Assembly: GCA_039814625.1 (NCBI GenBank) | Contig: JBCCAU010000008.1 | Span: forward strand, 64,935-128,934 | DNA length: 64,000 bases | Source: Pseudomonadota bacterium | GTDB lineage: Bacteria > Pseudomonadota > Alphaproteobacteria > Rhodobacterales > Rhodobacteraceae | Direction of reading: 5' to 3' | Shown here: in pieces, positions 49,994 to 60,864 of the stretch | How the letters are laid out: every line of letters starts with the position of its first letter | Position numbering within the stretch: position 1 is the stretch's first letter | Program-made: the position numbers and the translations under genes | The notes under the pieces: generated by a model | Seen by the model: only the letters and a program-made list of their open reading frames with translations | Told to the model about the DNA's origin: nothing | Databases searched by the model: none

Positions 49994-52030
49994 CTAGTGA
50001 TGGCTGTGACCTGTGCTTGGCAATGATATATCCACAACTTGCATCATACCCCAGTCTTCATGATCCAAGATGTGGCAATGCAAAACAAATGTACCGATAT
50101 ATCTTCTGTAATGTGAGCGCACGGTCACCACGAATGGCTCTCCAAGCACATTTGTGGGTAGAAATACGGTGTCTTTCCACTGTCCTTTTAAACCGGCATA
50201 CACAGATCCCGATCCAAAGGCACTGACATCAATACCCGTATCCGGGTCGATAATGCTGACAATCTGAATTGGATTGACATGTTTGTGGAAGGGATGGCCC
50301 TCCAAAAAGGCTGCAAGGATCCATTCTTCCATATCGTCCAAAGTCAACTGACGGTGAATCACGCCGGTCTCGTATTCGGCTGCGTTGATAAGCTTTGGAA
50401 GTTCGCCCTCGGTCAGCTCCAGATTGCCCACCACAAATTCGTTTTTGGGGGCATCTTCGACGAGGATCGTATCGAAACCAAGCGTTTGCTGCCCGTCAGG
50501 TTCACGATTAAGCAGAGTGTCATATGCGACGAATTTAGGGATCTCGAGATTTCCTAAATCGGCTACAATCTCATCGCGAACGTCTGATGGCATGTGGATT
50601 TGTGCCGCTGAAACAAGAAAGTCTTGGACATATTCCCGAGCCGTTGCTTCGCCCAAGGCGCCGGCTTGTCCGTCAACGACAACAAAGCCCAGAATTTGCC
50701 GTTGCTTGGCCTCATTGCGAATGTTCTCTTGGCGCGGAGCGTCATTGTCGACGATGCAATACAGGCCGGGTTCAGGGAAGGCGATCAGGACATCATCGCG
50801 GTAGCCCGGGTGGAGGTTCGTCCGGGGTTGTTCGTTGATCCGATCACGGGTCAAACCATCCAACGCGATCGAGAATTGAGAGATGTCTTCGCCGCCGCAA
50901 TTGTCACCGACAAAATTGTCCCGTGCATCCGCGGTCCCAGCACGATAATCTGCATCCGGCGTCTCACCTGTATACTTCCGAAAGCTGACGGACATGGATC
51001 CAGAAATACCTGCTTGAATGAACCGCCATCTCTCGATCTCTCCTGCGGTCACACCGCTGAATGTTGGAAGGACCCGGCCATTTAAGGTCGTATGACGACC
51101 TGATTCTTGCCAACGTGTTTTGATTTCGGGAATGCCTGTCGGGGTATCGAAATTCTCAAACAGACCAAATTGATTATATCCTTCGATACGTCCCACATCG
51201 CCAGGATCGCAAACCCAAAAGCCATCCTCATCTCGTTTGATGTCCACGACACCAAGGTCACCCTGTTCCCCACAAGCATAAGCAATTTGTGTCAGAACGA
51301 CCAGGCGTTCGCCCACGGGCGCGCCCGTTGTTGATTTTAACAAAGTGTCTATGTCGCCTCGATTTTCAGCGCCAGGCAAGCGGTTCCCTTTGACAATCAA
51401 AGCGCCAGCCATACCGCTGGAAACCTGTAGAGCCGTCGAGCCATGCATATGCGGATGATACCAAAATGTTCCGGCCGCATGATCTGCTGGGACATTGTAC
51501 TCATATGAAAATGTCTGACCTTGTCCGATGGACAACAACACATTGTCTGCATTCCCCGAAGGGCTAACCCAAAGGCCATGCGTGTGCATATTTGTCAGGT
51601 TGAAACAGCTTGGAATGTTGACGTCGCCATGATCCACGCAGGAGGGATCATCCATCGGGAGATTGTTGGTCAGGTTCAACCGAAATGTGTCGCCGGGACG
51701 CAGTACGATTGTAGGTGGCATGAAGGGAACCTCTGGGTTTACCCCTTCTCCTTGGTAGCTGCGAAGTTGAACTTTATCCATGCGGCCTGTGGTCGGATTG
51801 TAAATCTCGCCATCAGTGTATTCGACGCTGGCCGACCATTCGACCGTGCCAGCTTGATCGCGGGCGGCAGCAGCCTCTCCCATGATTTGATCGGAAGGCG
51901 AGGCATAGGTGGCATAAGAAATGGCAGCAGATGGCGGGTTAACCGCTGGCGCGGAGCCATGAGGCGCGTCTTGCGCAGATACAAGTCCTGCAGCGAGCGA
52001 CATCATCCCCAATACAGAGTAACGATACAT
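49994..52030 (-). CDS. Secreted multicopper oxidase
   Basis: All four Cu motifs: MHTHG, WYHPHMH, HPFHKH, HCHILDHEDWGMM; Sec-type signal peptide. Confidence 0.93.
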   Translation of the reverse strand: MYRYSVLGMMSLAAGLVSAQDAPHGSAPAVNPPSAAISYATYASPSDQIMGEAAAARDQAGTVEWSASVEYTDGEIYNPTTGRMDKVQLRSYQGEGVNPEVPFMPPTIVLRPGDTFRLNLTNNLPMDDPSCVDHGDVNIPSCFNLTNMHTHGLWVSPSGNADNVLLSIGQGQTFSYEYNVPADHAAGTFWYHPHMHGSTALQVSSGMAGALIVKGNRLPGAENRGDIDTLLKSTTGAPVGERLVVLTQIAYACGEQGDLGVVDIKRDEDGFWVCDPGDVGRIEGYNQFGLFENFDTPTGIPEIKTRWQESGRHTTLNGRVLPTFSGVTAGEIERWRFIQAGISGSMSVSFRKYTGETPDADYRAGTADARDNFVGDNCGGEDISQFSIALDGLTRDRINEQPRTNLHPGYRDDVLIAFPEPGLYCIVDNDAPRQENIRNEAKQRQILGFVVVDGQAGALGEATAREYVQDFLVSAAQIHMPSDVRDEIVADLGNLEIPKFVAYDTLLNREPDGQQTLGFDTILVEDAPKNEFVVGNLELTEGELPKLINAAEYETGVIHRQLTLDDMEEWILAAFLEGHPFHKHVNPIQIVSIIDPDTGIDVSAFGSGSVYAGLKGQWKDTVFLPTNVLGEPFVVTVRSHYRRYIGTFVLHCHILDHEDWGMMQVVDISLPSTGHSHH

Positions 52031-52132
52031 GATTTTCTCCAGATGTTTAAGGTTATTTCGTAGTGTTTTTAGAACCCAGCAGCCCGTTATCAGGCACTGC
52101 GATGGAACAAGAGGACGCTGAAGGCTTCGACT

Positions 52133-52939
52133 TCACCTGACGGTGAAATTGACCTCGACGGGCCCTGTGGTCTGCTGTTGAACGCGCGCCTGCCCGGTGG
52201 GATCATCAAACAATCCAGCAGTTCTATTGCCCGCCAAATCCTCGAATTTTGCGTCGACTGTGATCGTATATGACGCGGCAACCCATGGGTCGGATGGTTG
52301 AAACAGCCAAGTGCTTTCGCCGTCTGAAACTCCAATGCGCCCGCGAACGGTCTCACCATTTCCGTTCCGAACACGAAGTCCATAAGCCAATGACAGGTGA
52401 TCATGTGATCCGTTCAATTTTACACTTAACGGGTCTGATGTGCCGGCTTTGGGCACCTCAAACGACCAATCAGACGGCGACGGAATCTCAAAGTCCACAT
52501 GCCCGGCCTCGAAAGCTTTCTCGAAGGGCGCTGTTAAGAGGCAGCCTGATTGATCCAACATCGTTGGATTGACAACCAGTGTATAGGACTGTCCCGATTG
52601 CAACGCGCGACCTTTGGCGTCATGTGCGTCCAAACCTGTTTTAACGCGACCAGGATCAAGCATAACCGTTAAGCGTTTCCGATCTGGCGACCAAAGTGCA
52701 TATCGTGTGGGTAAGAATACTTCGGGAACAATCGCACCTGAAGCGTCTTTGATCACGATATGCTCAACGCCTACATCATGTCGCATTGGTGCTGAGAAAT
52801 AGACATAAATCCGTAAAAGGTTTTCCGGCAGAAGATCTGTAGTTGGATAGACTTTGCGAACTTCTGTGGATCCGACACAGGCACTAAAGGCCTGTGTCGC
52901 CAGCATGACGAATGCGCAGATAAGGGTAAGACGACGCAT
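52133..52939 (-). CDS. Secreted protein with tandem Ig-like domains, uncharacterised
   Basis: Signal peptide; LPENLLR.Y..FS.PM, DPGRVK.G, W.F.P..PW....Y...V....EDLAGN. Confidence 0.75.
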   Translation of the reverse strand: MRRLTLICAFVMLATQAFSACVGSTEVRKVYPTTDLLPENLLRIYVYFSAPMRHDVGVEHIVIKDASGAIVPEVFLPTRYALWSPDRKRLTVMLDPGRVKTGLDAHDAKGRALQSGQSYTLVVNPTMLDQSGCLLTAPFEKAFEAGHVDFEIPSPSDWSFEVPKAGTSDPLSVKLNGSHDHLSLAYGLRVRNGNGETVRGRIGVSDGESTWLFQPSDPWVAASYTITVDAKFEDLAGNRTAGLFDDPTGQARVQQQTTGPVEVNFTVR

Positions 52940-52948
52940 CAGGGTCGG

Positions 52949-54196
52949 CTACCGCAGACGGCTTTCAAAGCCTTCGTCGGCCTTGAGCATATTTTGGAAC
53001 ATGCGCGTGCCGTTTTCTGCTTCGCTGGAGCCATATTGGTAATCCGCAAAATTGTATTCGCTTATGAAGTCCGACAAACGGAAGTAGGCGCCTTTGCGGA
53101 AAGAGACCAATTCCATTTCACCCGTTGCGAGTTCGCGACGCATCATAAGCAAGAACTGTGCGTCTTGATCGTCAGCCTGCATAACGCCGGAGAGTGGCAA
53201 TGGCGTTGTGTTGACACCCGAGGTCGCCCCTAAAAACGGGATTGGCTCTTCCAGACCTGGAGCAGAAATTGCGCTTTGAAGGTCTGGCATAGAAATTAGG
53301 TCAGCGTCATACTGTGCATTTATGACCAAAACATAATTGGCCGATTGTCCATCCATACCCATCGCTTTGAAAGACAGAACCTCAACGGGCAGATTGCCGT
53401 AGCCAAGCTCGGCGATTGTCTTTCCAACGACATGTTCGCCATCTGCCAAATCTGAGACAGGCAGCGTTACCAGCGGCGTACATGTATAGGCCGCAACCAC
53501 TGTCGGCGCTCCATCGACATCCAGAACAGTCATGGCCCGAATAGGGGCACGCGTTTCGTTTTGGTTATGTGCAGCGTGATAAACCTCGATGCTGGATGCT
53601 TGTGCCTCACCAAACGGATAGCTGAATTGGCGCAATGTTGATGCAAACTCTCCGGTGGATAGTCCCGAGACGTATAGTGTGCCGTCGACGAAATCCATGT
53701 CTGTCACGCTGAGTGTTGACGCGGGAATATCATCCCAAAAGGTTACGTCATCGGTTGCACTATCTTCAATTGCAGTGGATGTACTGTCCAAACTTGCTAG
53801 ATCCAAATCCGCATATTCGCCATCTTGATTGACCGTGACGATTTTCGAAACGGGTCCCAAGTCTGTCGTGACAGTCACAGAAATATAGGCCATTTTTGTT
53901 GTGGGATGAACGGCCAAATCTTCGAATGTGATTTTGGTGAGAGCCGTGCCCAAAAGCTCTGAGGTCTTGGTTCCAAAATCCACCAAGTTGTAGGCCGCTG
54001 AATCAAGTGAACCGGCTGAATTCGGAAGTTCAGGCAGTTTGTAAGCCGTAATTTTGTTTTCAGCAGAGTTGGATACAAACAAGGTGTCAAATCCACCAAA
54101 TTCGATCACAGCTCCGCTCGCGAAAACGCTCGTGGTTGATAACAAGGCCAAACAGCCTGTCGATGCCGCAGAAAGCAGCTTTTGTTTGATCGTCAT
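52949..54196 (-). CDS. Secreted uncharacterised protein, probable beta-propeller
   Basis: AAGGAGAGG RBS and ATG at 54196, signal peptide, beta-rich repeats, YH.AH...ETRAP and AYTCTPL motifs. Confidence 0.75.
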   Translation of the reverse strand: MTIKQKLLSAASTGCLALLSTTSVFASGAVIEFGGFDTLFVSNSAENKITAYKLPELPNSAGSLDSAAYNLVDFGTKTSELLGTALTKITFEDLAVHPTTKMAYISVTVTTDLGPVSKIVTVNQDGEYADLDLASLDSTSTAIEDSATDDVTFWDDIPASTLSVTDMDFVDGTLYVSGLSTGEFASTLRQFSYPFGEAQASSIEVYHAAHNQNETRAPIRAMTVLDVDGAPTVVAAYTCTPLVTLPVSDLADGEHVVGKTIAELGYGNLPVEVLSFKAMGMDGQSANYVLVINAQYDADLISMPDLQSAISAPGLEEPIPFLGATSGVNTTPLPLSGVMQADDQDAQFLLMMRRELATGEMELVSFRKGAYFRLSDFISEYNFADYQYGSSEAENGTRMFQNMLKADEGFESRLR

Positions 54197-54445
54197 GGTC
54201 CTCTCCTTAAACCGTGGCTCGCATGTAGGATGCACTCTACTCAGACAGTGATCGGCGAGAATGCCACAAGTGTGCACATCGAGTGCGCTTTGATTTGGCA
54301 TGCCAAAAGCAAGCTAGGTTCAAATCAGCGCCTCTAACCGGTGCATAAACCAGAATTTGTTCACCAAATGCGCAAAACTGTTACGATGAGGTTGCTTAAG
54401 CTATACATCAGGAACAATAGGCTACGATTGAACCTAAGATGTCAT

Positions 54446-54520
54446 TGGAGCGGGCGATGAGATTCGAACTCACGACATTCACCTTGGCAAGGTGACGCTC
54501 TACCCCTGAGCTACGCCCGC
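54446..54520 (-). tRNA. tRNA-Gly(GCC)
   Basis: Reverse complement GCGGGCGTAGCTCAGGGGTAGAGCGTCACCTTGCCAAGGTGAATGTCGTGAGTTCGAATCTCATCGCCCGCTCCA forms a full cloverleaf with CCA. Confidence 0.97.
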
Positions 54521-54635
54521 ATCCGAGAGCCTCTACATACTGATTGGTCCAAAGCCTGCAAGAGAAAAATTCTATATCCGTTCTTGTTTTGCCGCGGCTT
54601 GAAGCCTAGCATTTCTTTGAACTTATGGGGTTTAA

Positions 54636-55028
54636 ATGCCTGATTTCCATCTCTTTTCCAAAGGTCCTCGCCCGGTTGCTCCGTTCTCTCATGCTGTGGA
54701 AGCGGATGGATGGGTGATTTTGACGGGGCAAATGCCAACCGATCCTGAAGCACCGGATGCGCCTTTGCCCAGCGGCATTGAAGCCCAAACAAGGCGCGTT
54801 ATGGACAACCTTGCCCTTATTTTAAACGAAATGGGCTTGAGTCTTTCGAGTGTCGTTCAATGTCGGTGCTTTTTAACCGAATTTGAACGTGATTACGCGG
54901 TCTTTAACGAGACATACCAAAGTTATTTTGATATCGATCGCCGACCTGCACGAACCACGATTGGCGTAACAGCACTTGCCGTCGGCGCATTGGTTGAGGT
55001 GGATTGTGTGGCAAAAAGACCTGACTGA
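54636..55028 (+). CDS. RidA/YjgF family protein
   Basis: PFSHAV, GQMP, N..Y..YF....PART, VE.D. Confidence 0.93.
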   Translation: MPDFHLFSKGPRPVAPFSHAVEADGWVILTGQMPTDPEAPDAPLPSGIEAQTRRVMDNLALILNEMGLSLSSVVQCRCFLTEFERDYAVFNETYQSYFDIDRRPARTTIGVTALAVGALVEVDCVAKRPD

Positions 55029-55057
55029 AGGTTGTATGGTCTGATGCAACAAACTGG

Positions 55058-56023
55058 CTACTTACGGGTTATGCCATCAAATACCTGATCCTTTCGGATC
55101 TGGAACTTTTTGCCCATCCAGCGCCAATGCTGGTCTGACAGTTTCGACAAAACGTATGTTTCAAAGTTTTCGTCCTCTAAAAGGCTTTTCCAACGCGATG
55201 TTAGGGCTTTTGGGTTAGGGTCGTCCCGGGTTCCGGCAAAGGAAGACCCCCAACCAAAAGTCGATGTTTGTCCCAAGTCATGGGATGCGTTTTGCGCGCC
55301 GAAATCTGCGAGTATTTGTTCTTGGTAGTCTTTGTCATAGACCCAGCGATCATAGTAGATTGAAGATTGCACCAAGGCCTTGTCCACATATTCTATATAT
55401 TGATCAAAGGCTGAAAAAATTTCAGATGTCCAGGTAGTCGGGCGCCTTTGCAATGACACTTTGTAGTAGGAAGCGAGCCAGTTCAAAGGATGCCGATACA
55501 CAATTAAATCTGTTACGCTGGGCGTGCTGGTATAATGTGCACTGACATTTGTGAAGTCACCCAAGACAACATCCAAATCTTGACGTTCGTAGGACACGAT
55601 GTGAATAGGCCTTTTGCAGGTCTGCTCTAACACATGCTCAACGCTACGCTTGGACAAACCTGTTCCACTGAATAGGTTTCGGCCCTTGATCACGCGGTCG
55701 TCGATTTGACACTGAGCGAATTCGGTCAAGTGATGCGCTGGTGCACAATTGTTAAAGAAGATGACGTTTTGAGTTCCTAACGCGTGGGTTAACCAACTGA
55801 TCACGGCATGATTGCCTGAGCGCGGCATCCCTGCAATGCGAATGATTTTTTCTGGAACACTTTGCTGTTTCTGCGCCTTCACTTCAGCCTCGAAACGCTG
55901 TTTTGACTGCACAATTTTGCCGTGAAGAACTCTGTGCCGAAGTCCCAACTGAAGTTGGTTTGCGGCCCGAAGAGCATGATGAACCCAAGGGGGAAGTTGA
56001 CTAAAATTCATCTGATGCCCCAT
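55058..56023 (-). CDS. Sulfotransferase-fold protein
   Basis: GMPRSGNHA 5'-PSB-like loop and YRHPLNWLAS 3'-PB-like motif. Confidence 0.7.
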   Translation of the reverse strand: MGHQMNFSQLPPWVHHALRAANQLQLGLRHRVLHGKIVQSKQRFEAEVKAQKQQSVPEKIIRIAGMPRSGNHAVISWLTHALGTQNVIFFNNCAPAHHLTEFAQCQIDDRVIKGRNLFSGTGLSKRSVEHVLEQTCKRPIHIVSYERQDLDVVLGDFTNVSAHYTSTPSVTDLIVYRHPLNWLASYYKVSLQRRPTTWTSEIFSAFDQYIEYVDKALVQSSIYYDRWVYDKDYQEQILADFGAQNASHDLGQTSTFGWGSSFAGTRDDPNPKALTSRWKSLLEDENFETYVLSKLSDQHWRWMGKKFQIRKDQVFDGITRK

Positions 56024-56042
56024 TTTTCACAAAAGCGGCCGT

Positions 56043-59000
56043 CTACTCAAGCTCCACCAGCAGGTCTTTTGCATCCACTTGTGATCCGGCAGGGGCGTGA
56101 ATGGCCTTTACAAGGCCATCTTGCTCGGCATGAATGCCGGTTTCCATTTTCATCGCCTCAATGGTTACCAACAGATCACCTTCTTTTACAGCTTGGCCGC
56201 CGCCCACCGCGACCGAAGAGATGACGCCAGGCATAGGCGCTCCAATATGGTTCGGATTTCCAGGTTCTGCTTGCGGGCGCTTGACTGTGGTTGCCGCCAC
56301 TTTACGGTTTTTGACGCGCACTGTTCTGGGCTGTCCATTGAGTTCAAAGAACACACGGGCCTCGCCATCGTCGTCCGTTTCACCCACCGCGATCAGCCGG
56401 ATTTCAAGGATTTTACCAGGGTCAATTTCGGCTGATATTTCTTCGCCAGCTTCCATACCATAGAAGAAGGTTTTCGTCGGCAAAGTCCGAACCGGACCGT
56501 AAATCCTATGACGTCCCATATAATCTAGGAAAACCTTGGGATACATCAGGTATCCATTTAGATCCTCATCATCGACGGTGAAACCTTCAAGCTGATCCGA
56601 TAGCTCGGCTCGTGCGCCCTCTAGGTCCAAGGCTGCAACGTCAGCGCCGGGGCGCTTTGTGTTTGGCGTTTCACCTTTTAGAACTTTGGCCAGGATCACA
56701 TCTGGAAAGCCGCCGGGCGGCTGCCCCAAATTCCCGCGCATCATGTCAATCACGGAATCGGGGAAAGAAACATCCGTATCTGGGTTCTCAACATCGGCTC
56801 GGTTCAAACCTTGGGAAACCATCATCAGGGCCATGTCCCCGACCACCTTGGAACTTGGGGTGACTTTCGTAATGTCGCCAAACATCTGGTTCACATCTGC
56901 ATAGGTGCGCGCAACATCCGGCCATCGATCTTCTAGCCCCATTGAGCGGGCCTGCGCCTTGAGATTGGTGAATTGCCCGCCAGGCATTTCGTGCAGATAA
57001 ACCTCTGAGGCAGGTGAAGCGAGGCCGGATTCGAAGGCTGCATATTGGGTGCGCACGCCTTCCCAATAATCGGACATCGCACGGATATGATGAATTGAAA
57101 GACCGGTATCTCGGGGCGTGTTTCGCAAAGCCTCGACAACCGATCCAAGACAAGGTTGTGAAGTCCCACCAGAAAACGCATCCATTGCGGCGTCGACGGC
57201 ATCAACGCCGGCCTCGGCGGCTGCAAGAATGGTGGCACCTGCAATGCCAGAGGTGTCATGTGTATGAAAATGAATCGGTAGACCGGCTTCTTCTTTTAGC
57301 GCCTTAACAAGAATGCTGGCCGAGGCTGGCTTAAGCAGGCCAGCCATGTCCTTTAGGCCAATAATATGCGCGCCTGCATCCCGTAACTCTTGGCCCATCG
57401 CGACATAGTATTTAAGGTCATATTTTGCGCGATTTGGATCAAGGATGTCGCCGGTGTAACAAATCGTACCTTCGCAGATCTTGTTGTTTGCAACCACAGC
57501 GTCCATCGCGACGCGCATGTTTTCAACCCAGTTCAGGCTGTCAAAAACGCGAAACACATCGATGCCAGATAGGGCGGCCTGGCGCACAAACTCCTGGACA
57601 ACATTGTCAGGGTAATTTGTATAGCCCACCCCATTGGCACCACGCAGCAACATCTGTGTCATAATGTTTGGCATTGCTTTGCGAAGATCGCGCAAGCGTT
57701 GCCATGGGCATTCTTGCAAGAAACGATAGGCGACATCAAAGGTCGCACCGCCCCAGCATTCAATCGAGAAAAGGTCGGACAAATTATGCGCATAGGCGGG
57801 TGCTGCATTGATCATATCAATAGAACGCATACGGGTTGCCAGAAGCGATTGATGCCCGTCCCGCATTGTTGTGTCAGTGATCAGAAGTTTTGACTGCGCA
57901 GCCATCCAGTTCGCCACAGCTTGAGGGCCTTGGTCCTCTAACAAGTTGCGCGTCCCCAAAGCGGCTTCGGGTTCGACTGCAATCGGGCGTCTCGGAGGTT
58001 TTGACCCCGCTGGTGGCTTTGGGCGACCTTCAACATCTGGATGCCCATTAACAGTGATATCGGCGATATAGGTTAGGACTTTTGTACCGCGGTCTCGACG
58101 CGCCTTGAAGTTAAATAACTCTGGTGTCGTATCGATGAACTTTGTCGTATAGGAATTGTCTAGAAAGGTTGGGTGCTTCAATAGGTTGATAACAAAGGCG
58201 ATATTGGTTGAGACACCGCGAATGCGAAACTCGCGCAAGGCACGATCCATGCGTTTGATCGCCGTTTCGGGGGTTTGCGCCCTGGTCGTGACCTTTACCA
58301 AAAGTGAGTCATAGTATCGCGTTATAACTGCGCCAGAATAGGCCGTTCCGCCATCTAAGCGCACGCCCAATCCGGTGGCTGAGCGATAGGCGGTGATGCG
58401 ACCATAATCGGGAATGAAGTTATTCTGGGGGTCCTCTGTCGTGATCCGGGTTTGTAGAGCATGACCGTTCAGTGGCACGTCAGCCTGCGCGGCAATACCT
58501 GTTGCTTGTTCTATGGTCTTACCTTCTGAAATCAAAATCTGCGCGCGTACGATATCGATGCCTGTGACTTCTTCGGTGACGGTATGTTCGACTTGAACGC
58601 GCGGGTTCACTTCGATGAAGTAAAAGGCGCCACTGTCCATATCCATCAAAAATTCGACGGTGCCCGCGCATTCATAGCCAACATGAGCGCAAATCTTCCG
58701 GCCGAGTTCACAGATCTCAGTGCGTTCTGCCTGAGTTAGGTATGGGGCAGGCGCACGCTCTACAACTTTTTGGTTGCGTCTTTGGACTGAACAGTCGCGC
58801 TCATATAAGTGATATATCTGACCATGGGTGTCGCCCAGAATTTGTACTTCGACATGTCGCGCACGTTGCACCAACTTTTCCAGATATCCTTCGCCGTTGC
58901 CAAAAGCGGCTTCGGCTTCTCGCCGGCCCTCAAGAACTTTTTCTTCGAGTTCTTCGGGGCCCATAATGGGTCGCATGCCGCGACCACCGCCACCCCAAGA

Positions 59001-59486
59001 GGCCTTGAGCATGAAAGGATACCCGACCTCTTCCGCCATTTTTCGAACTTCTTCCATATCATCGGGCAAAACTTCGGTTGCCGGGACCACGGGGACACCC
59101 GCCTCCATCGCGACGCGCCGGGCTGATGCCTTATCGCCCAACTGACGCATGGTCTGGGATTTTGGACCGATAAAAGTTAGCCCTGCTTGCGTCACAGCAT
59201 CCACAAATTCGGGGTTTTCTGATAGCAGGCCATAGCCAGGATGCACCGCATCGGCACCTGAGAGTTTGGCCACGCGAATGATCTCGTCGATCGAAAGATA
59301 AGCCTGAACAGGTCCCATGCCTTCGCCAATCCGATAAGCCTCATCTGCTTTGAAACGGTGGAGCCCAAGCTTGTCTTCTTCAGCAAAAACGGCGACCGTT
59401 TTCTTCCCCATTTCATTCGCTGCGCGCATAATACGAATTGCAATCTCTCCGCGATTTGCGATCAGGATTTTTTGGAAGTCGGCCAC
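56043..59486 (-). CDS. pyc: Pyruvate carboxylase
   Basis: ANRGEIAIR, RDCSVQRR, RDGHQSL, EAMKME biotin site; GTG start with GGGAG RBS. Confidence 0.98.
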   Translation of the reverse strand: MADFQKILIANRGEIAIRIMRAANEMGKKTVAVFAEEDKLGLHRFKADEAYRIGEGMGPVQAYLSIDEIIRVAKLSGADAVHPGYGLLSENPEFVDAVTQAGLTFIGPKSQTMRQLGDKASARRVAMEAGVPVVPATEVLPDDMEEVRKMAEEVGYPFMLKASWGGGGRGMRPIMGPEELEEKVLEGRREAEAAFGNGEGYLEKLVQRARHVEVQILGDTHGQIYHLYERDCSVQRRNQKVVERAPAPYLTQAERTEICELGRKICAHVGYECAGTVEFLMDMDSGAFYFIEVNPRVQVEHTVTEEVTGIDIVRAQILISEGKTIEQATGIAAQADVPLNGHALQTRITTEDPQNNFIPDYGRITAYRSATGLGVRLDGGTAYSGAVITRYYDSLLVKVTTRAQTPETAIKRMDRALREFRIRGVSTNIAFVINLLKHPTFLDNSYTTKFIDTTPELFNFKARRDRGTKVLTYIADITVNGHPDVEGRPKPPAGSKPPRRPIAVEPEAALGTRNLLEDQGPQAVANWMAAQSKLLITDTTMRDGHQSLLATRMRSIDMINAAPAYAHNLSDLFSIECWGGATFDVAYRFLQECPWQRLRDLRKAMPNIMTQMLLRGANGVGYTNYPDNVVQEFVRQAALSGIDVFRVFDSLNWVENMRVAMDAVVANNKICEGTICYTGDILDPNRAKYDLKYYVAMGQELRDAGAHIIGLKDMAGLLKPASASILVKALKEEAGLPIHFHTHDTSGIAGATILAAAEAGVDAVDAAMDAFSGGTSQPCLGSVVEALRNTPRDTGLSIHHIRAMSDYWEGVRTQYAAFESGLASPASEVYLHEMPGGQFTNLKAQARSMGLEDRWPDVARTYADVNQMFGDITKVTPSSKVVGDMALMMVSQGLNRADVENPDTDVSFPDSVIDMMRGNLGQPPGGFPDVILAKVLKGETPNTKRPGADVAALDLEGARAELSDQLEGFTVDDEDLNGYLMYPKVFLDYMGRHRIYGPVRTLPTKTFFYGMEAGEEISAEIDPGKILEIRLIAVGETDDDGEARVFFELNGQPRTVRVKNRKVAATTVKRPQAEPGNPNHIGAPMPGVISSVAVGGGQAVKEGDLLVTIEAMKMETGIHAEQDGLVKAIHAPAGSQVDAKDLLVELE

Positions 59487-59638
59487 GACAATTCTCCCCA
59501 AACTCTCAATGTTTGGGTGTTCTGTCACAGGTCATACGCCTTTCGCAATGTTATGACGGTTGTACCGGAGGAAGTTTTTCAATTGTTAAGGGATCACAAG
59601 AAATGTTTTAGTATAAGAAGACCTAAAGGTGCAAAACA

Positions 59639-60841
59639 TTGGTCAATCATGTCATAGTTCATATCGGTGCTGACAAGACCGGGTCGACATCAATTCAGAC
59701 CGCACTTGACGGTTATGATGATGGTCGAAGTTTTGTTCCAAAATTCAAATACGAACATCACCATTTTGAGCTTAGTTTGGCCTTTGAAGACTACGACTAT
59801 TTCAAAACAACAAAACTGTTCGAGGCAGAATACAGTGATTGGAGCAACGAAGAGGTTTTGGTTGAACGGGCCCGTGTGCGTCAACTGATTATGGAAGCAT
59901 TGTCGTGTAGAAAAAGACGCACTGTGATTTTCACGGGTGAAGGGCTGCGTTTGATGACGTCTGAAGCGCGCTTGGAAATGTTGGAACTTTTTGCAAGTTA
60001 TGGCTGCCGGACAACAATTGTGGCCTATGTCCGCGACCCAATTGCGTATGCCGCCAGCGCATTTCAGCAACAAGTCAAGAATGCCGGACGCTTTGTGATA
60101 CAAAAGAAGATCAAAACGAACTACGACCGTCTGATCAAAGTGTTCCAGAATATGATCCCGCCAAATAGATTGATCGTTCGGGAGTTTCGTAAACAGGTCT
60201 TACACCGCCACGATGTCGTTCATGATTTTTGCAAGGTCACGGGCATTACCTTCAAAGACTCAGTTTATTCGAATGAAAGCATGGCATGGGATGCACTCAA
60301 ACTGGTGTTTGGGTTAAACCAGATCGCAAAAAAACACTCGTTGGCTGGTGACCGGTCCAAGCGTTTGGCCTTGGTCGAAGCAATTATGCATCTTTATAAA
60401 GAACATCCCAAACCTGAAAAGTTGGATTTCGCTGAGTTGGTGGATTTCTCGACAACCGATCTTCTTTACCAAGTCTCAGGCATTCGATTTGAGCGACCCG
60501 TTGACCGCGGTATTCGTCCAAAGCTAGATACGCTTTTGACAGATTTGAGCACGGTAGACTTGGCGCCTTTTAATCAATTACTAACCTCAAAAGGCTTGAC
60601 GCATGTTGATCATGACGGGGTTTTTAAAGCGTTGGATCTATTGCAATCCAAATTCGATTTGATGCCTGACGCGAAGTTCTCCGAAGATGAACGGCATAGA
60701 TCATCAATTATCGGTCAAACTGTGGTTTTTAGAGACCCTGAAGTGACAAATTCGAAATGGCGGAAGCGTTTGGAGCCTTCTGAATTGACGCGCCAGTTCC
60801 GCAAACTCAGAATCAAACTGAATTTTTATGTGGGTGCCTGA
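59639..60841 (+). CDS. Sulfotransferase-fold protein
   Basis: HIGADKTGSTSIQ and YVRDP...AAS.FQQ. Confidence 0.72.
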   Translation: MVNHVIVHIGADKTGSTSIQTALDGYDDGRSFVPKFKYEHHHFELSLAFEDYDYFKTTKLFEAEYSDWSNEEVLVERARVRQLIMEALSCRKRRTVIFTGEGLRLMTSEARLEMLELFASYGCRTTIVAYVRDPIAYAASAFQQQVKNAGRFVIQKKIKTNYDRLIKVFQNMIPPNRLIVREFRKQVLHRHDVVHDFCKVTGITFKDSVYSNESMAWDALKLVFGLNQIAKKHSLAGDRSKRLALVEAIMHLYKEHPKPEKLDFAELVDFSTTDLLYQVSGIRFERPVDRGIRPKLDTLLTDLSTVDLAPFNQLLTSKGLTHVDHDGVFKALDLLQSKFDLMPDAKFSEDERHRSSIIGQTVVFRDPEVTNSKWRKRLEPSELTRQFRKLRIKLNFYVGA

Positions 60842-60864
60842 AACTTTGGTCTGGTCTTTTCGCA

